DNA of 62,591 nucleotides, filler included, from Chrysochromulina tobinii (lineage: Eukaryota), in the NCBI GenBank assembly GCA_001275005.1. It is 11 parts of 11 records of this genome, joined end to end, with 100 filler letters (N's around TTAATTAATTAA, not from the genome) between each part and the next. Parts side by side here need not be neighbours in the genome. Positions count along the whole stretch, not along the records: positions 53,718 to 55,907 come from JWZX01000830.1; positions 56,008 to 58,447 come from JWZX01000831.1; positions 58,548 to 61,090 come from JWZX01000838.1; positions 61,191 to 62,591 come from JWZX01000852.1; 7 more parts are not named here. One strand, written 5' to 3'. This document shows positions 54,460-62,591 of this stretch, in pieces; position 1 is the stretch's first letter, and each line of letters begins with the position of its first letter. The notes under the pieces were generated by a model that ran no database searches, was not told where the DNA came from, and worked only from the letters and a program-made list of their open reading frames with translations. The position numbers and the translations under genes were made by a program.

Positions 54460-55907
54460 TCACACACCTCTCTTCTTGGTAGCTCTGGAGGAGCGCACCT
54501 GCCACTTCTTCACTGCCTCTTCCAGCAGTGCTCCAGTCTTGGCCTTGTACACAGGAGCCCCCCTCGTCTTCCACGTGTTCAATGCGTGTTCATACTTTGA
54601 TGCGTGCGCGTACGATCGCCCTTCCAGAATGACCACGTCGGTATCCAGTCGCACATCTCGAACAGCTCGAACGTCACGTGCAACAAACCCACATGAGATG
54701 CCCTCGTCTTCCACCTCTGAAACCATGCCATGGAACCATGCTCCGTTCACCGTTGTCCCGCTTCGGCCGACTCGATCCATCTCGACTTCGTCTCTCGTGT
54801 CCAGGACGAACTCGGATCCATCCTTCAGCTCGAAGTCCACAGTCGTGCCCGGCACTGACAACCAGTTCATCCCATCATTGCCTCGTGAGAGCATCTCCAT
54901 GCTCAGAATCCGTGTTGCTCCGACACTCAAGGTTCGGGTCATGGAGCGCTCCACTTGGGAGTTAGAGCTGCCTCCATTGTCCCTATGAGCACCCAACCAT
55001 GACGCGCACCTCTTCGTCCCATGGTGTATTCCGATGGACTCCAGAGCGCAGCTTGCACAAAAGCACCTCCCATGGTAGATCACGAGCGTGATATGCGTAT
55101 AGCGCTCTTGGCCTCCGCTCCGATCCTCATATCCTTCGACTAGTTTTTCCATCTCTTCACAAAAGTCGAAGATCTTCAGCTGATGAGGATTGCGGCCGAT
55201 GGATGACCGTCCGCTGCCGACTTCATATGCATTCTTGCGTGTAAACACAACGCTGCACGTCGGGCACCGGAATCGTCCGCCCACAGGAGTATCATCTGAA
55301 GGCACCACACCCGAACACTTGGAGCACGTCTCCATTACAGGCTCGTCAGGGGGCTGCCGAGTGTGACCCTTGGGCACGCGAGCGAATTGGACGCTCAGCT
55401 TCGTGTTGTACAATAATTCTGGTTGTGGTGGGTTTCCCATAGGTGCGATCATGTCGACGTCCTCCACGTGGTCGTGCAACTTCGACAACACGATGGAAGC
55501 TGCGAAATTCCGAAGCTCGTGCAGGAGAGACGGATCCACCGTAGCCATAGAGATGACATGCGACCTCAGTGACTCCAATCCCATCTTCGCCCTGGGATTG
55601 GAGGCCAATTCCTACATGGTCGTCTTCGACAGCCCCAACCCGGGCAAACGCGCCGCCTTGGTCCTCAAGTCCTCCTCGGTTGAACTGAGCCGATTCCCCG
55701 TTCTGCTCTGCCCGCGTTGCTGCCAGATGCGTCTCGGGTTGGCGACAGCACCGGTGCTCACGCCACTTGCACCAGTGGCACCGTCGTCTACGTCACCGTC
55801 ACTTCCAGCGCTCTCGCCACTGCCGCCCTTGCGACTTTTCACGCTGCCTCCGGGGTCAGCTTCATCCTCTTCATTCTTCTTCCTCTTCCCCAACTGTGTT
55901 TCAGAAG
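54460..55907 (-). pseudogene. AlkB-like 2OG-Fe(II) dioxygenase with Zn-finger inserts; single in-frame TAG at 55612-55614
   Basis: LGAHRD (HxD), LSVGATRILS, FELKDGSEFVL, WFHG (distal His), ISCGFVAR (Arg); CSKC..CPTC. ORFs 55612..55893 and 54460..55608 are in the same frame. Confidence 0.7.
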
Positions 55908-56007
55908 NNNNNNNNNNNNNNNNNNNNNNNNNNNNNNNNNNNNNNNNNNNNTTAATTAATTAANNNNNNNNNNNNNNNNNNNNNNNNNNNNNNNNNNNNN
56001 NNNNNNN

Positions 56008-58447
56008 CGGAGCCGACGCCGCCGAAGGTGATGCCGTTGATCTCGTTGTTCGCGCCCACGATCGCGCCGCCGTGCCACACGCGCACGTACTGCAGGAGGC
56101 CCGACGACTCGGTCGCCACGGTGCCACCGTACGTGTAGCCGGTGACGCCCTCGATCTCCGTGGTGGTCGGCATGTTGGTCGGCGCGTTGCCGAGCAGGAT
56201 GAGGCCGCCCCACTTGCCGCGCTCGCCGAGCGTGATGGCGTTGTAATTCGAGTCCGTGGTGGCGGTGGCCGAGCTCACGAGCGCCGCCTCTGCAAGCACG
56301 GTCGTGAACGTGATCGGCATCGTCGCGCTGCCTGACGCCACGATGTAGCCGCCCTTCAAGACCACAATCGCCGGAGCACTGGTTGGCGAGGCGGCTGGAA
56401 GCGCGTACACCGTGGTTCCTGCGAAGATGTTCAGGGCGAATCCGGAGGATACGAAGAGCTGCGACGTGAGCAGGTACGATGTGCCCGAGACGAGGGCCAA
56501 CGAGCTTGTCAAAGTCCCACCGATCGCAACCACCGAGGAACCAAGTGGAGCGAAATTCGACGCTGGGACACCAGAACACGTGGAGCCGGCCATCTTGCTG
56601 GTGCACGCGAGCAACGAGTAGCCGGCGAGCCAGTTGTCCGTCGAGGAGCCGAACGCGCCCTTGCACGTCACCGACGAGAAGAAGGCGTCGCCGTTGGGGG
56701 GTGCGTCCACGGTGCCCGTGCACGCCGCGCCGGTGGCGGACGGCAGAGGGTTGAAGGTGGCGGAGCCCTCCGCGAGGTCAGTGGTGGCGTTGACCGCTAC
56801 GAAGCCGGGGGCACCAATCACCGCCGTCCACGTGTCCGCGACTATGCAGGCCGCGACGCCGGAGCCACCGGCGAGCAGAGCGAACTGCGACGCAGTCGTC
56901 GCCGTGTCGATGATGTTGTTGGCCGAGAAGTAAAAGTAGCCGGGGTTCGAAATGCTGACCGACGCCGCCGGCAGCGTCTGCGTGTAGCTCAGCGTCGAGC
57001 CGCAGTCCTCGAAGAGGAGGCCGTTCAAGTTCGGGAAAGCGAGGATGCCGTTGCCGAACTTGCCACCCGTGCCGTCGTTGACGTGGATCAGCTCGCCCGT
57101 GCGCGCGCCAGTGCCGGTGCCTCCGCCGATCAAGGTGAACGAGTAGAAGGCCGGGTGCGAGCGCGGGGTCGCGTCCTGATTCGAGCCGAGGCCCGAGTCG
57201 ATCTCCATCGAGTGGTCGCCACTCAGGCCCTCCATGACGAACAGGAACTGGCCCTTGCCAATGTAGCCCTGGTCCGTGTCGAAGGCGTCGTCCGCCACGA
57301 AGAGCACCGACAGGTACTTGACGTTCACCGTGCCGCCGAAGAACTCGAAGCCGTCGTCGACGTTGAAGGCCACCTCGCAGTGGTCGACGGCGGTGCCGGA
57401 GCCCACGCCGCCGAAGGTGATGCCGTTGATCTCGTTGTCCGCGCCCACGACCGCGCCGCCGTGCCACACGCGCACGTACTGCAGGGAGCCCGACGACTCG
57501 GTCGGGTTGGTGCCACCATACGTTTTCGCGGTGATGCCCTCGATGATCGCGGTGGTCGCCACGTTGGTCGGCGCGTTGCCGAGCAGGATGAGCCCACCCC
57601 ACTTGCCTTTCGTCTCGAGCACGGTAAGCGCGCCGGTAGACGCGTCCGTCACCACCGACGACGACGACGACACGGTGGGGTTGAAGGCAGTGAAGGTGAT
57701 CGGCATAGTCGCAGAGCCCTTTGCGAGCAGAAAGCCGCCCTTCTCGATGATCAGGGCTGGCGCACCGCCGCCACCGGCAGCCACCGGCGAGGCGTAAATG
57801 GTCACGCCCGCCTGAATGGCCAAGAGTGATGCCCGACGGAACGAACATCTGGCAGGTGAGCACGTAGAGCGCTCCACTGTAGAGCATCCTGTCTGCCGAG
57901 AGGGTGCCGCAAAGAGCGACGGAGTCGTCACGGTCAGCCGCCGAGGGGCACGTGAACGTCGAGCTGACAAAGCCCGGGCGGTTGGGCAGGTTGAAGAACG
58001 ACCAGCCATCGAGCCAGTTGACGCTGCCGAACGCGCCCTTGTACGTGGTCGGGCTGAAAAAGGCGTCGCCGTTGGGCACCGGGTCGACGTTCGAGTACGC
58101 GGCCGAGCCGCACGCGGGGCGCGGGTCGATCGGAACCATGCTGGTCTCGGTGAACGTGCCTCCAAAAATGAGCGGATCCGTGTTGGTAAAGTTCGGCGCC
58201 GTGCCAGTGCATGGCGACACAATCTGGAAGCCGGCGGTGGGGCTCTCGATGATGTTGTTCGACGAGAAGAACAGGTACGTGTCCAGCGACGCCGACGCGT
58301 TCGCCGGCAGCACCGACACAATGGACGGCGCGGCGCTGCCGCCGCTGCTGCAGGTGTCAATGCGGATGCCAGGGTGCGTCGCGACGTTGGCGAGGATCAG
58401 GTTGCCAAACTTGCCGCCCGTGCCCTCGCGCAGGCGCATCATCGCGT
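56008..58447 (-). CDS. Large protein of tandem bacterial-type beta-helix surface-protein units (partial; 1-nt frameshift near 57820)
   Basis: Repeated GKWGGLILLGNAPTN, SSGSLQYVRVWHGG, NEINGITFGGVGS, GTGGKFGN and KGAFGS..WL.G; one DDGFEFFGGTV. Parts of three units are visible. Confidence 0.75.
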
Positions 58448-58547
58448 NNNNNNNNNNNNNNNNNNNNNNNNNNNNNNNNNNNNNNNNNNNNTTAATTAAT
58501 TAANNNNNNNNNNNNNNNNNNNNNNNNNNNNNNNNNNNNNNNNNNNN

Positions 58548-60314
58548 AGCAGAACCGCACGAAGGAGAGCTTCCTGACAGTCTCCTCAGCGCCGAAATCG
58601 TCGAAAAACTCGTCGAATGCGAAGACATCTACGAATGCCGCGGTCTCCGCAGCAGACTCGCAGACGGCAGAGCAGCCGAAGCTCGTCACAACGATGCACG
58701 CGACGCACACGGATGAGAGCACCACGAGCAGCACCACCTCGCCGACCATCATCACCGACTCCACGCGCTCGAGCGCGTTCTGGGCGAAGAACACGATCGC
58801 CAAGACGCCCGCTGCAGCTACTGCAGCGCTGCAGGCAGCCGAGCCGCCAGGCACACCTCCACGTCGCGCGCGGTGCGCACGATGGAGATGAGGCAGCGCA
58901 GCACCACCTCGCCGACCACGGTCATCATCGACCACGACATCAAGCCGCGCGCGGACACCTTCACGGGGAAGCCCAAGCGCGTCGACAAGGACGGCGCCTG
59001 CCTCTTCTCGTCGCTCGGCGGGCAGCATGCCAAGAAATTAGTGCGCGAGGCCCTCGGAGACTGGCTCAAGAAGAACCCCCACTTCCCCTTCTATACCACC
59101 ACCCTTGCCCAATATGTACTGGATGAAACAGGCGAAGTGTGGTCTGTGTACTGCGCCCGCATGCAGAGCGACCGTACATGGGGTGGCCTGCCCGAGCTCG
59201 TCGCGGCCTCGCAAGTCTGGCGCCGCGTCGTCCGCGTCTTCGAGAGCATCGGCGACGGTCTTTTCCATCTGCGGGCTGTGCTCGGAGAGGAGGGCTCCTC
59301 TACCGCCCCCATCGACCTCGTGCTCGATTCGAATCATTTCGACATGCTCACCGAGGTGCGCCCGCTGCAGACGAACCCGCCCGAGACGATCACTCAGGGT
59401 GGGACCGTGAAGTTCGAGACGATCGACCCGATCGCCACCTTCGCCAAGTACTCGACAAGCGCGCCATCTGTGGAGACCAAGACCCGCAAGGCACTTGCCG
59501 ACCGTCAAGTACTCGACGACCTCACCGCGCGTAAGGAGCTCAAGCAGCTCGAGGAGCGCAAAGCGCGAGAGCGGCACACTATGCACATGAAGCTCATCAA
59601 GCGTAGGACGTCCGAGCCGGTCGCCGAGCCCAAGACCGAGCGCAAGTTGCCCGAGCCGCCCGCCGAGCGCAAGGCGCCCGAGCCGTCCACCGAGCCCGAG
59701 TTCAAGCGCAAGACGGCCGAGCCGCCCGCCGAGCCCAAGAACGAGCGCAATGCACCCGAGCCGCCCGCCGAGTCCGAGATCGAGCGCAAGACGCCCGAGC
59801 CGCCCGCCGAACCCGAGATCGAGCGAAAGGCGCCCGAGCAGCCCGCCGAGCAGCCCGCCGAGCCCAAGACCGCGCGCAAGGTGCCCGAGCAGCCCACCGA
59901 GCCCAAGGCGCCCAAGGACCTCGATGCGCGCAAGACGCCCAAGTACCACAGCACGAGAGCCGTAAGGCAAGGGCAGCTCGCGAGGTGCGCGAAGAGCTGC
60001 AAAGATACCGGATGCACCGAGCACGTGAAGACCTCGCCGCGAGCAAGGTACGCGAGCACGAGGAACTCCGTCAGCGCGAAGATTGCAAAGCACGGCAGAC
60101 TTGCAAGGCGCGAGAGGCGCGCATTGCCCGTGAGACTCCCGAGGCACGCGCAGCCAGGGAGGCACACATACTGAGCAAGGCCCGAGACGCTCGCGCCAGG
60201 GAGCGCAAGGTGCGTACCAGGGATGCCAAGGAACGCTCGACGCGTCGGACGGCAACGGGCCGCGAGCCTGCAACCAATCTTGCGACCGTGCGTGCATCTC
60301 GTGCATCGTTGTAG
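58548..60314 (+). CDS. OTU-like cysteine protease ORF with Pro/Glu repeats, frameshifted (probably TE- or virus-derived)
   Basis: DKDGACLFSSL (Cys box), WGGLPELVAAS and NHFD (His box); ERKAPEPPAEP repeats; frame breaks near 58870 and 59970. Confidence 0.7.
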
Positions 60315-60805
60315 TCAAGTGGTGGTTTGGGTATCGGCGGTTGGGTATCAGCTACCCCCTCATCTCGAGGTAAGGGAAGTTGGGGTGGCGGTGGGCGGGT
60401 AGAAAAAATTTTCAGTCCAGCCGGAGGCAGAGGCAGAGGCAGAGGCAGAGGCAGAGGCAGAGCCACGGTCGGTGGTTGGACGATGGCTCGGGTGGTCGGT
60501 AGGCGATCAATAGAGGCGATGCTCGGCCAGCAGCATGAGCGCTGTCGGCATTCAAACCGCTCTCCCAAAGTCCGTCGGTTCTCACGGCGCATGCGGCGTC
60601 GTGACCGGAAAGGTGCGGGCTCACAGGGTTGAAGCGCCAGCTTGCGGGGGCGTTGTGGTTGGTTCGCCTGCCAATCGAACAGGGGTTTGTCCGAGGACTC
60701 TTGAACTTTGATCCGTCTTCCACCGGCATCGCAGAGCTTTGATTCCTGCTCGTACGATTCTCGCCGTCTAGTTCCTCTCGGGATGACGACCAGCGTGTGT
60801 CTGCA

Positions 60806-61027
60806 CTCGCTGCCACTGCTGTTCCTTTTCTCGGGGAGGTACCGTAGGTAGCGACTACTGGAGAAGCAGGGCACCGGTTGGCAAGGTGCACGGTTGGAGG
60901 TTAGCGGTGGGCGGCTCTCGCTGCCACTGCTGTTCCTTTTCTCGGGGCGGTACCGTAGGTAGCGACTACTGGAGAAGCAGGGCACCGGTTGGCAAGGTGC
61001 ACGGTTGGAGGTTAGCGGTGGGCGGCT
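60806..61027. repeat. 111-bp tandem duplication; (GGCAGA)n nearby at 60426-60461
   Basis: Two near-identical copies starting CTCGCTGCCACTGCTG at 60806 and 60917. Confidence 0.9.
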
Positions 61028-61190
61028 GGTGTCGAGGGCACCTAGGCGGTCGAGGGAGACGTGCACGTAGTGACGGCCGTAGGCATGCACNNNNNNNNNN
61101 NNNNNNNNNNNNNNNNNNNNNNNNNNNNNNNNNNTTAATTAATTAANNNNNNNNNNNNNNNNNNNNNNNNNNNNNNNNNNNNNNNNNNNN

Positions 61191-62591
61191 ACTCAGCGAG
61201 GGTAAGGCACCGCCGCATCTGGCGTCGCCAATGCGTCACCCGCTTCGCCCAGCTCGGGTAGAGCAGGTCGTTGAGGTTTTGCACCGTCGGGTGGCCTGCC
61301 GCCTGTACGGGCGACGCGCACGTTTCCGCCGTCGCCACCGGCGCGTTCATCTGCGCTATCGGCCTGCTCGAGAGCTCCCCCGGCGTGGCCGCCGTGTGGC
61401 TGCGCAGCGAGAACGTCGGGCGCTTCCGCGAGCGCGCGACCTTATCGTCGTCGAGCTGCAGTACGTGCGGGTCGTCCGAGCCGACGTGAAGCCCTAGAGC
61501 CTGCGTCGGTCCCGCCTCCACGGGCGTGCACTGGGCCCCCGCCTGGCCGCCCGTCGCTCTGACGAGCATCTCCGCGATCGCGGAGTTGAGCTTCGGCGGG
61601 TACGCCGCCGACGGAGCCGACAGCGACGCGCCGAACTCATCCGAGCCCGCGGCGACCTTAGCATGCACACGGCCTTGGTCGAGGCACGAGCACCGGGCCG
61701 TACCGAAGGCGCGAACGAGCTCAGCCTCCCCTCGGGCCGCCACCATGATCGACGTGTACTTCTGGTACTCGGAGCCGAACTGGCACTGTGCGAACGTTCG
61801 CCTCGCCGCGTTCGTCGCTCGGCGGAGCTCGACAATGTCGGGCATGTCCCAGAGGCTGGGCGCGTCGGCCTGCTCAGGCCACCATGCCCAACCGCCTCGC
61901 CTGGAGGCCGGGTTTTCGATCGCCCACAGGACCCCCTTTGCGTCCGCCGCCGTCGCCACCTTAGCCACGAACGCGACCAGCGCGTTATGTTTGGCAAGGT
62001 AGGCGCTCCAGCGCTCGGGAACCGGCCGAATCCCTTCGACCTCGGTGAGCGATCGGAGCCGGGGGACGAGCGCCGGGCAGAAGGACGCGCACGGCGGCGC
62101 CATGAAGACGCCGTCCCACACGCCCGCCGAGACGCCCGCGAGGACGACCGACTGCACCGTTGGCCTCGACAGATCCTGCTCGGGCCCGTCGAGGAGCTCG
62201 TAAGTGTCCACCCGACCGCCTAGGCGTTGTAGCGCGTCCCGTAGGCTGTACGGGCGCTCGCGCCCCGCGAACAGCACGACGAAGCGCCGCTGCTTCCTGG
62301 GTGACTCCGTCTCCACGGGCGTCGGCACCGCCTGCGCTTCGCAGCTGTGCACCGTAAGTGCCCCGCCGGTCTCGACGGGTGGTCCCTTGGGCGTCTCGCG
62401 GTCACCCGCGTGACCCGCACTCGGGGGGGTAGGCGTCTCCTGCTCCTGCCATCCCTCGCGTTCCTCGTCGCCGCCCGTCTCCGTCGGTCGCGCTGGCGCC
62501 GTCTCGGGCACACAGAACGCGCTCGCCTCCACGGGCGCGACCTGGAAGGGCCGCCGCTTGCCGGGCCTTGGCACTCGGACCGGGGCACTCG
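61191..62591 (-). mobile_element. Retroelement-type C5-cytosine methyltransferase ORF (partial)
   Basis: VVLFAG (I), FMAPPCASF (IV), WAIENP (VI), QCQFG..QKYT and SAAYPPKL; intronless and open into the gap. Confidence 0.72.

Noticed and set aside
57810..57830. Programmed frameshifting at frame breaks (also ~24610, ~52050)
   Set aside because: No slippery heptamer or stimulatory structure is evident; single-base indels from decay or sequencing error are simpler.
9069..61190. Recurrent TTAATTAATTAA element
   Set aside because: Always centred in identical N runs; it is an artificial contig spacer.
50823..62591. DUF6589 + AlkB-like + OTU + DNMT as one DNA-modifying mobile element
   Set aside because: Each lies on a different concatenated contig, so adjacency in the window carries no linkage information.
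1..62591. tRNA, rRNA or snoRNA genes (including RPL39 intron 2)
   Set aside because: None recognisable by eye; a covariance-model scan would be needed to exclude them.

Overview
GC-rich eukaryotic nuclear DNA, most likely a haptophyte/prymnesiophyte alga (inferred from short GT-AG introns, bipartite plastid leaders and gene content). It is not one locus: ten N-flanked TTAATTAATTAA linkers join 11 contigs, so linkage is only meaningful within a contig. Three gene-dense contigs (1-9068, 9169-19251, 28037-49861) carry mostly housekeeping genes: ENT, RPL39, BI-1, an amino-acid permease, ABC1 kinase, rhodanese, Rieske, PPR, bL31m, an MFS transporter and methyltransferases. The short contigs are mostly repeat- or transposon-derived. 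Best leads: (1) an intronless C5-cytosine methyltransferase with a bacterial-type catalytic domain fused to Tudor/ADD-like/Tudor/PZP chromatin readers; (2) introns in three unrelated genes built from copies of their own flanking exons plus a shared (C/G)TGATTGC-type filler, suggesting an intron-creating insertion or repair mechanism; (3) a DIRS-type RT-RNase H whose CCCH gag-like ORF lies head-to-head on the opposite strand; (4) an aromatic amino-acid decarboxylase fused to a bacterial-looking domain; (5) a Zn-finger AlkB-like dioxygenase, a retroelement-type DNMT and a DUF6589-like ORF. All domain calls come from reading motifs by eye; no database search was run.
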